Part shown: one piece after another, positions 1 to 13,350 of the stretch
How the letters are laid out: each line of letters opens with the position of its first letter
How positions within the stretch are numbered: position 1 is the first letter of the stretch
Assembly: GCF_009914755.1 (NCBI RefSeq)
Contig: NC_060930.1
Length of the DNA: 64,000 nt
Source: the human T2T-CHM13v2.0 reference genome, Homo sapiens
Direction: 5' to 3' (one strand)
Translations under genes and position numbers: made by a program
The notes under the pieces: generated by a model
Told to the model about the DNA's origin: nothing
What the model saw: the letters and a program-made list of their open reading frames with translations, nothing else
Databases searched by the model: none

Positions 1-1736
1 GGTCTGTGCTTTTTCTGGTTTTGGTTTACTTAAATCTTGGTCTTTAGAGAGGTCGGTTGGCATAGACAAAGTATTTCATAAGTCCTTGAGAGAACTAGAC
101 TGTACCTTTCTGTAATCTAGGGAGAAACAGAAAGGAAAATAAGAGGGAAAAAAGGAGCACATAAATGTTCGCAGGTCCAGTGTCCTGCTTTACTGACAAA
201 GAACTCAAGATGGAGAATGAGAATGAAAGATTTCCATGCTCCATAGTAATGTAAAAATATCTAAATTCCACATACTTCCATGTGGTAACCATAACACAGA
301 ACTCCACTATAAGTGAAGGAGCATGAGGACAGGAAAAAGAAACATCTCAGTAGCAATCTATATGGACTGAAGGCCCAGCAGATGCAATGGGGAACATCTC
401 CTCAAGTGTCAGGTGCAAAAGGATAACTAGTCCCTCCTACAAAGCCTTGGCACTCTGTAAGTCCCTTCATCTCCAATACTTGGCCCAACACTAGGAAAAG
501 GGGGGTTGTCTTGGCTGAGAAGGAGTTTCCACCAAGTGGTTAATAGGGGGAGAAATTGAAAATAATTTCATTATAGAAAATGATATGTATCGTGCATATC
601 TGTGTTCTTGCAGAGGTTCATATCTAGCATATAATTAATTAAAAATCAAAATAAAATGTCAAAAGTGTTTTCTTATTACCTGTGATTCATTAGAATCTAG
701 ACATTAAAACTTTGTAAAGACCTCAGGTATACATGATAGGATGAAGCCATTTCTTCTGCTTTTTAGTTACATCTGCATCACTGACTTCCAATGCAATGTT
801 GTAGCAAATTCACATACTAAAATAATCTAACATTAAACAGGAATATAATAATTTTTACAATACTCTTCATATGTTGGCAGTATGTGCATGAGGCAAGTAG
901 TAGACTATATATACATCAGTTCAGTTAAAGAATTTAGTATGTTCCAAGACATGTAGATATTAAATGTAAAGTACAGTATTATTAGGTTTAAACATTTAAC
1001 CAAGCACTAAAACTACCTCAGTGAGTTTCAGTCCAACACTTCATTCCAACTTCAGAAGAGTGCAACTCTCACTGTCATCATACACATGGAGCTATAACAT
1101 TTGGGTCCACTTATTCTTTGCAAATGAGGTGCCTCACTTCTTGACTTCCAAAACTTTTAAGCAATCTATTTCTTATAACATGAATCAAAGGTTTATTGGA
1201 TGTCTTCTGAACCATCTGGGTGAGTTAAGGGTAAAGGAATCTAAAATGCATGTATTCATTTCATTTAAAATACACATGGGCTTATAAACCAATTGAAAAT
1301 TACTTGGCGTGAAAGTAGAGGAACTTGGCAGAAAATGTTTTCTTGAACCCAACATTTTGACAAAGTCCAAATGCAATAAATAATTGCCCAGATTTTTAGC
1401 CATGAATTGGCACAATAGTCAAATAAGAATTAAAGAAAATATATCGAAATGAATTTGAAACAGTTAGATATGCTTTCTTAAATGAAATGTAGCTTATAGA
1501 AAGGCTTATGTATCTTTTACTACAATAATGGATCTTAACTTTCAGGGCTTTGTTTTCTAGCATCTGATTACAACTAGATGTCTTTTATATGCCTCTAGGA
1601 ATCAGGTGGGATTTTTTTGTTTGTTTGTTTTGTTTTTTGTTTTTTCTATTGCCGGTTTATAAGAGTGCTGTAGAAACTGATAGTGTCAGGTGCTCTTACA
1701 ATGAGACTATGGCATGTATGCACACATAGGCACATT

Positions 1737-1795
1737 CCTGCACGCACACATAAAGAAAAAACTCCCTGCACGCACACATAAAGAAAAAACTCCCT
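1737..1795. repeat. Exact 28-bp tandem duplication (CCTGCACGCACACATAAAGAAAAAACTC x2)
   Basis: Identical units at 1737-1764 and 1765-1792, followed by CCT. Confidence 0.95.
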
Positions 1796-1853
1796 ACTCC
1801 ACAAAGTAAAAGTAAAAACTGCTCTTTGTATTTGTTCCTTTGAAGATTATGCT

Positions 1854-1905
1854 ACACACCCACCCACCCACACACACATACACACAGACACACACACACA
1901 CACAG
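1854..1905. repeat. Imperfect (CA)n microsatellite
   Basis: Direct reading: ACACACCCACCCACCCACACACACATACACACAGACACACAC... Confidence 0.9.
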
Positions 1906-1965
1906 AGCTTCTAATCTACTAACAGGAACAGCTAACAATATTTTTTGTAAATTTTTGCTTCCAAC

Positions 1966-2160
1966 AAGGGTTGCTATATAAAATGCAAGATGCACATTTA
2001 ATTTGGATTTCAGAAAAGCACCAAATAATATGTTTTGGTGTAAGTATGTCACATGTAATATTTGGGACAAGCCTACATGCAAAAAATTAACTATTTATCT
2101 GAAATTCAAATTAAACTAAATGTCTTGTTTCTTGTATTTTTTCTTAATCTGAAAACCCTA
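1966..2160. mobile_element. MER53 palindromic hAT-type MITE
   Basis: Termini AGGGTTG...AACCCTA, centre TAAGTATGTCACATGTAATATTTGGGACA, and an exact 8-bp TSD CTTCCAAC at 1958-1965 and 2161-2168. Confidence 0.9.
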
Positions 2161-2863
2161 CTTCCAACGTCTGTTAATGAATGCATTTAGAAGAGGAAGT
2201 ATTTCAATGAATAAGTAGTTCTCAAGATCCTATCATGTAGTTTCTAAGAACAAAGAGATCTCTTTAGGTACTTACATTCCACTCAGGATATAAGACTAAC
2301 ATGTGAAGAATGCAATATAGTTTAATTGTTAAACTGTGTTTACTATCTATAAATGATCTGTTTATAGATTAAAAAATAATAAGACCTATTGAAATTAAAG
2401 AACTTTTCATGATTGATATGCACTTTGAAGAAAATGAAGACATTTTCCATGAAGAAGAGGTATGAAGGAGTATTCCAGGGCAGAGAAATAAGATTGAAAA
2501 CTTAGAGGAGAGAATCAGCACAATATATTAATGACACATTGGGCAGGTATTCAGACGATGGGAAAAATATTATTCAAAGATGCTTAAAACTAAAATGTGA
2601 GAACAAAATATATGCATATATAACATCAACAGTTCCTTTCAATCATTAGCTAAAGATGTTACTGTACTTAAAAAATGGAGTCACAGACCTCAAAAGCCTT
2701 GCAGTCTTTGAGTCTTAGCAATTCTTATCCAGAACTGAATTTTGATATAAGCAAGAACATGGACCATACCTATTTTATATATTCCCAGTATTTAGCACAA
2801 TGTTTAAACATAGTGCTCAATAAATGCTTGCAAAAAAATTTCTCATTGTAACGAAGAGAAAAA

Positions 2864-2903
2864 AGGAAGGAAGGGAGGGAGGGAGGGAGGGAGGGAGGGA
2901 AGG
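2864..2903. repeat. (GGAA)/(GGGA)n purine microsatellite
   Basis: AAGGAAGGAAGGGAGGGAGGGAGGGAGG... Confidence 0.9.
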
Positions 2904-3736
2904 ATTCCTCAAAGTTGGTAGATATTTTAGGAGTAATAAAAGTAAATTATTTTAATTGTTAAATTTATTTATATTTCTAAAGAATAAAATACAGAAGTAG
3001 AATTTCAGATGCCAATGTCACATGAAGAAGGATTCTACTGCCCTTTTTCATCCATTTATTTTGAAGAATATTACTTTAAATTGAAATAATACTGCATTTA
3101 AAACATATCCACCAAGGTTCCAGAAGGTGATTCTACAAAAATTATTCTTCAGGAATAACTCTTCCACTCAAAACAAGAATTAAAATATAAATAAACATAT
3201 TTAAGGAGTTCTTATTATGAGACATTTAAGGCTATAATATTTAGGTATTTAAAAAATTAGGATTATTGGATAAATGATTTTGTGCAATAGCCATTGAAGA
3301 TTCTTGAAGTGGAGATGGCTCTGTTTGCTTTCTAACAGAGAACTTGTTGTCGTGTGTTGATGTCAGCATCAAGTCTAAAGGTTATTGCTGTAGCTGACAA
3401 GAAACAAAATCTCACTGTCAATCAGTGAATTTTTCCATTAGAATGAAGGATATTTGAATATTTGCCATGCTTTGCAGATTTTTAATCTTCAAATCATTAG
3501 TTTTACCATATACATATGTGTTTTAAAATTAATACTGCTTTTCTTCCTTGTCCTCTGATTTCTACCAGGTTATTAGTCCTCCATTCAGGACTGGTACTAG
3601 TTGGATAAAGACAGGAGATATGCCAACATATCCTGTGGTTTACCATCTGGATTTTTACTAAACATAAAAGTAGACTTTTAAGAAATGAGATTGAAAGACT
3701 ATAGTGCTTGGCAGGATTGAAAGGACACTGGTCATG

Positions 3737-4120
3737 TGGTACGTTTAGGCTTTGTGTCCCCATCCAAAGCTCATCTACAGTTGTAATCCTCATAATCCCC
3801 ACAATCCCCATGTGTCAGGGAGAGACCAGGTGAAGGTAATTGAATCATGGGTGTAGTTTCCTCCATGCTGTTCTTGTGATAGTGAATGAGTTCTCATGAG
3901 ATCTGGTGGTTTTATAAGAGGCTCTTCCTCCTTTGCTTAGCTCTTCTTCCTGCCGCCTTGTGAAGAAGGTGCCTTGCTTCCCCTTCACCTTCCACCATGA
4001 TTGTAAGTTTCCTGAGGCCTCCCCAGCCATGCTGAACTGTGAGTCAATTAAACCTCATTTTTTTATAAAGTACTCAGTCTTGGGAAGTTATTTATGGCAG
4101 TATGAAAACAGACTAATACA
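3737..4120 (+). mobile_element. THE1D-like MaLR solo LTR
   Basis: Runs TG...GACTAATACA with THE1 hallmarks GAACTGTGAGTCAATTAAACCTC and CCATGATTGTAAGTTTCCTGAGGCCTCCCCAGCC; 5-bp TSD TCATG/ACATG (1 mismatch). Confidence 0.9.
3837..3847 (+). promoter_or_regulatory. Intact DUX4-type motif TAATTGAATCA in THE1 LTR
   Basis: Sequence match; MaLR/THE1 LTRs are known DUX4 targets. Occupancy of this copy is not shown. Confidence 0.45.
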
Positions 4121-4451
4121 ACATGGTTTCCAAACACAGAGGCTGACTGCTTTTGTCTTACATTAAAAACTTAATAAAAGACCCTTCATAGCCTTGTCCA
4201 TCAGGTAGGACTAAGAATAGCATGTCCCATGATATCAAGGTCAAAAATTCTGTGAACAAAAAGTCCTCAGACTCCTCTATTACCCAGGGCAATGCCTAAC
4301 AGTCTTGGTGGCACAATGGTGGCACACTTCTGGCACACACCTCTGGTGGCACAGTGTTAAACTGATGTTGTACAAACATGTGTCTTGCACAGACCCCTTT
4401 TCATTTTGGGGTAATGATTTTATCATATTTATAAAGAATCACATATGTTTA

Positions 4452-4489
4452 TTTTTTTGAAGTCAAACAATTTTTTTGAAGTCAAACAA
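4452..4489. repeat. Exact 19-bp tandem duplication (TTTTTTTGAAGTCAAACAA x2)
   Basis: Direct reading. Confidence 0.9.
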
Positions 4490-4949
4490 TACAAAAATGT
4501 ATAAAGCATAAAGTTTATAAATGTATAAATGTATAAAGAATAAAGTTTATAAAACCCTTTGGCATTTCATCACCAAGAAAAAATACTTGACAGAGCATTA
4601 TTCCAGTTTCTTTCTGTGCATGCATACTAACAAATTAAATGAGTTACATATTAATAAAATATTTTATTAAAAAGTATATCATATTCATCCATTTTATTTA
4701 AAAGTATTAAATGTAGTATTTCTTGATTTTTTAGGATAAAAAGGAAATAAATTGAAATTTAAGTGCCAGATAAATTATTCCTTCTTTAAATAAAACAAAA
4801 TGATTGTAATACCTAAAATATTTATTTAAAGTTAAGAGTAAAAGATTGAGATAGACCATAAAGAACTGAAACCATTATTTTTTCTCCAAATTTCAATTTT
4901 ATATTAGCAAAATGACTACCTACTATAAAGGATGAGGAAACCAGAATTC

Positions 4950-6060
4950 TCATGTTTTTACCCTTTCTTTCTTTCTTTCTGCAAATTCCTGCTTTAAAAT
5001 GATTGTATTTTCATTTTTGAATTATCAAAGTTCATGACACTTTTACTATTTTCTGTAGACACAAGTTTCTCAGTTGGTTTAAGCTCAGTTTTATATCTGC
5101 GTGAGAAATTAAATACTTACTCTTAGTTCATTTTTCCATTTCTATACTTTATTCCTGATTTGCAACTTTTGATTCACCTTCTAGTTAGCTGAGTTAGAAC
5201 AGTAAGCAGTTTTTCAGGAGTAACTTAAGGGTATTATTTTTCCCTGTATTTTTGTATCTCACAGTAATTGCCTACTGCCTTCATAAATATAAAGTACCTA
5301 TGAAATTGAATTATGAATTGGCTATATTTTTGGATATTTTCTCCTTAGAATTTTAAGGAGATCACTCCATTTTCTTCGATATTTAACCTAGCTGTGGAAA
5401 GTCTGAAGCAAACCGGATTTTCCATCTTACATTCTCTTTTGCATTTGCCTGTGTGCATGAAAATTTATTCAGGTGTCATTGAAATGTAATACTAAACTAG
5501 AATATGTCTCAGTATGTTCCACTTTGTATCAATTTTTCATAAAACATGGTGTGATCTTTTACATCTTTAAAATCAGTTATTCATTTCACAGCACTATTTT
5601 CCCTAATGTATCTGTGAATGTATTTTTCTGTTCCATTTGTTGAATATTTGACAGCAGAAATTACTTACATTTGTGATTTTTTTAACTTTTATATCTTCCC
5701 AACTGCTTTAATATCTTTGTCTTTTTTCTTTTGCATTAAAAATAATATCATTCCTTTCTTCTGTGGCAGTTATTTGAGATTTATCTTTACTTTTCCAATC
5801 CTGTCTTTTCCCAGTTCCTTTATTTGTTCAGTTAATGATGTCTGTTTTTTCCTAAATTTGTTTTTAAAGCTCAGAAATACCATTTTCTATTTTCTTAATG
5901 TATCTTTGAATTATTATTCTATTGAAGTAAGTTCTGGTTAAATTCCTCGAAGGTAGGAGGTATTCACAAAAATATTCTTTTTCAAAAAATTAACAATTTG
6001 ATACTTTGTCTTTTTCCAGTTATATTTTCTTTCTTCTCTTTTTTGATAATATTGTTTTAT
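4950..6060 (-). mobile_element. Old L1M/HAL1-type LINE fragment
   Basis: T-rich strand bias and a degenerate antisense L1-like motif (GCTGTGGAAAGTCTGAAGCAAACCGGATTTTCC); boundaries approximate. Confidence 0.45.
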
Positions 6061-6327
6061 AGCTGTCAGGCAATTATGCCCACAACTAGAGCTGTAAACA
6101 ATTAATGTTAGAGAACTTGAAATATTTACTGCCTAGTTTGATTTTATGTGTTTTTTAACTGTCTGTAAAAAGATTTCACCGCATTAGTAAGGAAGTGTAT
6201 CCTACCCAAGAGGGTATGCTCAAGTTCCATATCGCTACTAATTTTACCGTGAATGTATTGGAAATGCAAAGCCCTGGTTATCTAATCTCTACCGACATCT
6301 TTAGATCTCATCGCATTTTACAAAGTC

Positions 6328-6435
6328 TTCTCTCTCCTCTCTCTCTTTCTATCTCTCCCTTCCCACCCTCCTCAGTGTCTCTGTCTCTTTCTATTTCTAT
6401 TTCTCTATCTCTGTCACTCTCAATCCTCTTTCTGC
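6328..6435. repeat. TC-rich low-complexity tract
   Basis: CTCTCTCCTCTCTCTCTTTCTATCTCTCCC... Confidence 0.8.
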
Positions 6436-8679
6436 TACCTATCTGCATAAATTTCTTTTCCTGTAACTCCAGACAACTAATAATTATTCAGATTCCTGTC
6501 TACTATTTTTATTATTTTGTTTTTGGATGAAAAGCTTAGACACTCCATCAAGAGCTTGCAGATACAAACTTTTCGTTGGATTTCATGTTACAGATTTCAT
6601 GGCATGAATTTGAAACTCTTTTTTTGTTGCTTTTTTGCTGATGAATTGTTGTTTGTATCTTATTTTATTTTGTATTTGTGTGTGTGTCTATTTCTTTAGA
6701 TATTATCTTTGTGACTTCTGTAATCCAATTTTACTCTGCCATCTTTTGACAAATTATTTTCATCACAATATTCCCAAACAGTATAAAATTCTTATGTTAA
6801 TAATTTTGAAGTCTTAAAAATCTATTAACTTTAAAAATGTATAAAATTATCGAAATTAAAATTTAGAATAACAATTTAATACTATGAATGGCGTTTTACT
6901 CAGAAATTATATTACTACTCCAAACGTGAATATTATGTTTACCGGTTCATTACAGGTTCTTTGACTTTGGAAAGTTGATACACTATAGGACCAGGAGATG
7001 GCTCAATTGTCCTACTCTTCTTTTCTATTTGAACTATGGCCTTTCTTTGATGTCAGTATGCATCATGTGCACTCCACCTTGTTTTTTTCATTATTTAACA
7101 ATTTTGATCTCTCAGCAACTGTGTATACTGATCTCACTTAGCAGTACTTAATTATAATGTACCCCAGAATATGTTTCAGATATATTCTTAAGGTAATTAT
7201 TTTTAAATTTCATTGAAATAGAAAACACAACACTTTTACACTTCTTACAGAGAATATGGGTGCCAGTAATTTTTTAAGTGTTTTTACCTCTAGAGCCATG
7301 TAAGTGAAGGTACCAAGACAAATTGATTAATACTTAATCTAAATCGAGAAACACAGAGCAGTGCTCCACTGACTTCATAGCTTCCATTTGTAAGTACGTA
7401 TTGTTTACAAGTCAAGTGCTTGTGAAAAAAAAAAGGAAAAGAAAATTAGCTATAAATCAAAAAGTCAGCCCCACATAGGAGTTTATGACTTTCATATCCT
7501 GAAGCATATTCTAAGATATTTCAATGTACAGCTTGTATACTTTCTTTTTAAATTCCTGGATCCTTTAAATTTGTTATCTTGGTGTTTTCATTTTCAGACC
7601 TGTATAATCAGCAACATCTTTGCTCTGTAAGGGGAAAGTAAAATCCCATTGCACCAGTGTCATTTTTGATGTAGATCTTTAGGAAAAAAATAGCAAGTAT
7701 CAAGGATTAAATTATGCTGTTGTCAAGCCTCTAATTTTTCTATGAATGACTTATAAAGTAAGCAAAGGGTGAGGGGAAAGTACCATATGCTCTTTTTCCA
7801 AAGGAGTGTTTCTTTCTTAACAACAGATCAGAAGTCACCTTTAAATGCTGACTATGTAGAAACCTCCAGCTGCTTATTCTGCACAGGCAATTTTTGCTTT
7901 CTTTTTGCTGAGCTTCCAAAAGGAGAATATCTAAAAATAATTATTTCTGCCAGTTGAGTAATTAATGACGGCCTTACCAAATGACAATTTTATTGAATGA
8001 CATTAGGAAAGATGAATTAGTTTTTTATTAAATGGTATTTCAATGTTTCAAGGACTCCATGAATACCCCAAGAAGAGTGTTCCTGTTAAATTAGGGAAAA
8101 CAGTGTTTTGGTTTTCATAACTACAATAACTATTTGGTACATGTGAGTATTTTTCTAGCAAAATCAAAAAGTTAAGATATATTACTTTGCTTTGCTATTA
8201 TTTCATGACTAAAATTATTACAGAATGAAAATTAATGGATATTTATTTGTATTGGCATGTCAGTTATTTTCAAACATTTTATGAATTATAACTTTTCTAG
8301 GGATCTTTGTCCTTATTCTTTTCACCACTTCCCTCATGTCTATCAGACTTGAAACAACAACAAAGAATGTAAGCTTTATATTTGTCAGCACATTGACTGA
8401 CCTGGTTTAGTGCCACTACCACTCTTCTCACTCTTCCTCATTCACTACCAAAGGCATGTAAAAAGGAATTAACGCTGAAATCAATAAATGTCCTTATAGG
8501 GTGTTAAGAAATAGTAGTTAAGTAGATCTATAACATTAGTAAACTGTAGCTATTTTAACTAAACATGTACCAAGTTCCAGAAATGAGCTCTTCCCTTTTA
8601 TCTATCTGGTCTGATGTCACCAACTCTAGGAACTTGCTCCCTAGTTCTCCTGAGCCAGTAATGCCTTAGTGCTGTAGTG

Positions 8680-9730
8680 CTGTGGGGCTCAGTCTTTGGT
8701 CCTTAATTTGCTCTTGTAGTCATCTCAGTGATTCCCATGTCTTTAGAATACCATCAATATGCTGACAACCCCAAAATGTATGACTACAGCCCAAAGCTCT
8801 GGACTTATATACACCACAGGCATCTTAAGATCTCTTCTTGGATGTGTAATAGACTTTTAAAAACTTAAAATATCTAAAAATGAACTGATTTCCCCTGAAA
8901 AATCTGTACCACTTGTTGGTTTTCAATCTCAGTTAATGGCAAATAACAATAATAATAATTATTATTTAAACTCTCTTTATCTTTTTTATTAGTTACTTTC
9001 TGTCACACTACACATCTATGCTGTGAGAAAATCATGTCAACACTACCTTCAAAATATATACACAATCAAGTCATTTTTCACCACATATCCTGGTGCCACC
9101 CCAATTGGACCACCATCATACTTCATCTGGATGACTGTACTTATTTCATGTTTGACTTATTTCTTTCAACTCATGCCTTCTCTGCCATAATCTATACTCT
9201 ATGCAGCAGCCAGAATGACCCATTTGAAATGGATCCTAGATATCATCACTCCTTTATTTAATACACTTAATGGCTCAAAATCCTACACAGAGTGAGTCAT
9301 TAAAGTCCAATTTAATTGACCCTTTTCTGTGACTATTTGCACATATCTCGCATATCACTGCATATCACTCACACTAACTTCTTGCTTTTTCTTAAACCAT
9401 AAAAGTATCTTCCTATCTTACTTTGTTCATTTTATTGGGAACACTTATTTCCCAAATGTCCTCCAGTCTATCTCCTTCCCTCATGTCTTTTAAGTCCTTC
9501 ATTATCATCTTTTCCATAAGGCCTACCTTGACCACCCAATGGAATACCACATTCTCTTCCTCTTCCCAACCACAGCACCATTCTTTACTCTGCTTGACCT
9601 TTTTTTTTTAATTCACCTTCTAACACATAACACATTTCCTCTGCTTATTATATTTGGTATTTATTTTCTACATATCCTGCTAGAACATAAGCTCCCTCAG
9701 GGGATTGAAGTGTGTTTGTTTTGGTTGCTG
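8680..9730 (+). mobile_element. L2 LINE fragment (3' region)
   Basis: L2-like motifs TACCATCAATATGCTGACAACCCCAAAAT (YADD region), CTACCTTCAAAATATAT, GCAGCCAGAATGACC and TAGAACATAAGCTCCCTCAGGG. Confidence 0.8.
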
Positions 9731-11666
9731 GGCAATAATTGTTATTTTTCAACCCTTGACATATTCTCTAGATTGGGTATTCTGACCAGCTACAGTTCCT
9801 CCTGTCAAGTGAAAGTGAGTTTGCCGCTAGAGCAGATTCAAAAGACTCAATTGATAGGACTGGTAATCACCTGAGAGACCTTGCTAGACTGAACTTTCTC
9901 ACACTCACATCTCAATTTCCATTCTGAAACTTAATACATCTCTGTATCATAAAGAATAGTGGAGAAGTTTGCATATCTAATATTATTAATTATATCATTA
10001 CATTTATTAATATTAGAACATCATTTTGGGAATAGTACTAATATATACTTTCAACATTCAGTTATATTTTATGTTAATTTCTCATTTAGAATTTTATAAT
10101 GATATTCATGTACATGACCCGTATTAAAAAGTAGTCTATTTTAACTTTAAACTCTGCATTTTTATTACCATGAGCATGTTAACTTCTTTGAAGAAATGTT
10201 TAAAAGATTATGATTGACTCAGGTTGTTTATACAAAGAGACATTTAATGAAATGAGTAGCAGCTGAAAAACATACCTTATTTAAGACTACACTAACAATA
10301 TACTTAAAACAAAATTTTTTTCTTGAAAACTTGTGATGTCAAAGAACATTTATAATGTACAATGCTACTTGGCAGGTAGAATTTCTAAGAAAATTCAAAA
10401 AATGCACTAATTTTAGGTTTTGAATACTAAAATGTATACTCACTGTTTACTAAGAAGTAGCCCTAATCTTACAGAAAATGAATGGCTATGGAACTGTATC
10501 ATTAAACTATAAGAAGTAAACGGCAAGTTGTGTTTTCAATAAATCTGTAGCCCATCTGCAAGGTCTTTGAGAATATGAGAATCAATGTTACAGAACAGAT
10601 TTCAGCTTCTTTCCAACTGACACAGCCATTGAATATTAGTCACAAGCATAACAAATCTCATCAGTAATGGTAGTTCACATTAGTCTGGCACAAAGGAAAA
10701 ACAGGTTGCACTTTTATGAACATTTTCTTTTTCTAGCTATAATCCCACCCCTTCAACTTCCCCCAAACTCAGGACCTCCATAGCTACATAATGGTTGAAA
10801 ACCAAGACTGTGGAATTTTGAGGAGAAAAACCATTAACAGTGGGCTGTTGAGAGCGATGTTATATCCTTTATCTACTTTGATTACAAATGGCCCAATGAG
10901 ATAAAAATAGGTATAAGTCCCATCGTACACAGGAAGAAATATATTTGGAAAGAGTAAATGGCCAAATGTTGCTGAGGGAGTAATAAGTGGAGCCACCATA
11001 AAGAACTAATTTCCAGTTCATTTGACTTCCAGCCCAAGGCTCTCTACTCTGCCACAACATGAGAAAGTTGGATTAAATGATTTCTCAAGTATCCCTAGGC
11101 AAAAAACAAAACATGATTTATCTCATTCTAGTCATGGAGATGCGAAGGAGGTCATGATTTGGATGCATGGATAAATGATAGATGGCAAAGAACAGGAAAT
11201 TTACATGTTCATATGATCCAAATTGTGTAGCTCCTACTCAAGGAGAGTTGTTTGGGGCTCCATATCTATCACACCTGTCAGGCAATTATCACTCCTTTGC
11301 ATCTACTGACAAACAAATAGATAAAATGCTTTTAATATTTATATTTCTTTGTACTGGAAATACATTATTTAAATGATAAGGACATTCTAAGGAAGGATAA
11401 AAAATTACATTCAACAATTTCCAAATGAAAAGTCATTTGTTTATAGTAGGCTATTCAGTCAGAGTTAGACTACATTTTATGCTTTTTCTTTTATGACACT
11501 GACTTTTTTTTCTCCAAATAGGCTGGCTGTCATGTAAATGTGCATCATTGTTTAAAAGAAGAATAAGCAAAAAACCTCCAAAGTCAGGGTGAATCCATTG
11601 TCTCTGCTTCCAAAACAACACTAGTATTCTCCCAGTGATGCATGTGTAGAAACAACAAACAGAAAC

Positions 11667-11694
11667 CTTTAAAGATCATACTTTAAAGATCATA
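11667..11694. repeat. Exact 14-bp tandem duplication (CTTTAAAGATCATA x2)
   Basis: Direct reading; lies in a MIR-like relic about 35 bp upstream of the L1PA2 insertion. Confidence 0.9.
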
Positions 11695-11728
11695 TGGTTG
11701 AACTCACCATATTATAGATAAATGAAAA

Positions 11729-11916
11729 GACACAGGAAGGGGAATATCACGCTATGGGGACTGTTGTGGGGTGGGGGGAGGGGGGAGGGATAGCATTGGG
11801 AGATATACCTAATGCTAGATGACGAGTTAGTGGGTGCAGCGCACCAGCATGGCACATGTATACATATGTAACTAACCTGCACAATGTGCACATGTACCCT
11901 AAAACTTAAAGTATAA
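11729..11916 (+). mobile_element. L1PA2-type LINE-1 3' end, heavily 5'-truncated, no poly(A)
   Basis: Near-consensus young L1 3' UTR with G-tract, GATGACGAGTTAG (GAG, not the Ta ACA or pre-Ta ACG) and CACAATGTGCACATGTACCCTAAAACTTAAAGTATAA. Confidence 0.93.
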
Positions 11917-13209
11917 AAGGCATATCTTTGGTGAATGAGGTTAACTATCCATCCCAACTGTGGTATCTAGGTTTTCTGACTCCCAGTTGATTTTTTTCTC
12001 TAGATTACCATTATGATTGCTTTTCTTAACATGTGGATGGAAATAGTTAGTGTTCATAGTAATTCATTTGCCAAGTAATTATAATACTGTACTCCTTTAT
12101 GAGAAGGCTTATCAACAACACTGGTAATATTAAACCCCCATTGGACTAATTAGGAAATCTTTACAGCTTAGTCAATTGACTCACAGCTAAGGGGATACAA
12201 AAAAAGAAGAAAACAACCAAACACCATTAATTTTTCTTTTTCCTTCTCTGGGACCTGCTGTCTTTATTGAAAATATTTAACATTCATTAAAAAGCAAAAT
12301 AAAACAAATTAAAATAAAAATCTTCCATGGCAGTAAGTTAAATAAGCATGTACTTTCTTCGAACCCAAGCATAATATTTTTTTCATTGTATCAGAGCCCT
12401 AAGTACATGCCAAATGCATTAGAGTAGCACTAGACTATTTCCTGGCTATTAGCCAAATGCTGTGCAACTTAATACACACACAGCCTGCTGTATATTTCAA
12501 AGGTTCTGATCAAATTAGTTTGAAGTTTTAGTTAGATTAGAAATGTTCATATCTTTCTATCAATACTAGATAGTTAATCTTTCTATTTCATGTTTTAAAT
12601 TCTCTGATTTTTAGTAAGCTTACCAATTAAGATAAAGTTAACCACTGTATTCCCAGGTGAATGTGACAATCCTTTAATGAAGTGAAATGCAACAAAATTT
12701 CTTTGGTGAAAGGATCTGGTAATCATACTTATGATAAAATGGATAGAAAGATATGTCTGTATCTATATCTGTATCTATCAATGAATAGAAAAACACAGTT
12801 GTATGTGCTCCATAGCCTGGTTCAGGAAATGCTTATTTACAAAGGCATTGGTAATTAAAACTATGATTTTTAGGAAACTTCCTGACAAGAGTAAAATTAA
12901 ACAAAAGTTAATTATTTTGATTATGTGTCTATATTCCTCACCAGCCAACTTGCCAAACCTATGAATTTCTAAGGAATTACACTAGGCAAATTTCACTTTT
13001 ATTTTCCTCATTTTCTGTGATCATTGCTAAAGGGAGGGCTAAGGAGAAACAAAAGTCTTGGAGTCACTAAAAGGCTTAGAAATTTTATTACACAGACAAT
13101 TGAGAAATATTGCTTTATTTCCAAAGAATTTTTAACCACTTCTCAGTCAGATTGAACATTTTAGCTTTACACTTCACAGTTTCTTTAGTATTATGATGAG
13201 TTGTAATGC

Positions 13210-13350
13210 TAGTGTACTTGGGTCTGCTTCCTTAACATAATTTAAACTACATGAGGTCAATGTGCATATGTTATATTTTGTGTATACCCCAAAATATAGT
13301 ACAACTTTTGATACATTTTTTGGTGTGCAAAGTAATATGTGCATTGAATG
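13210..13350 (+). mobile_element. L2 3'-terminal fragment
   Basis: Degenerate L2 tail (AAACTACATGAGGTCAATG...TGTATACCCC...TTGAATG). Confidence 0.45.

Noticed and set aside
4300-4360. Four GGCACA / GGTGGCACA motifs in 60 bp
   Set aside because: Short, irregularly spaced and without supporting context; probably local slippage.
11729-11916. Human-specific active L1HS-Ta insertion
   Set aside because: Has GAG at the ACA/ACG diagnostic site and CTTAAAGT rather than CTTAGAGT, so it is L1PA2-type.
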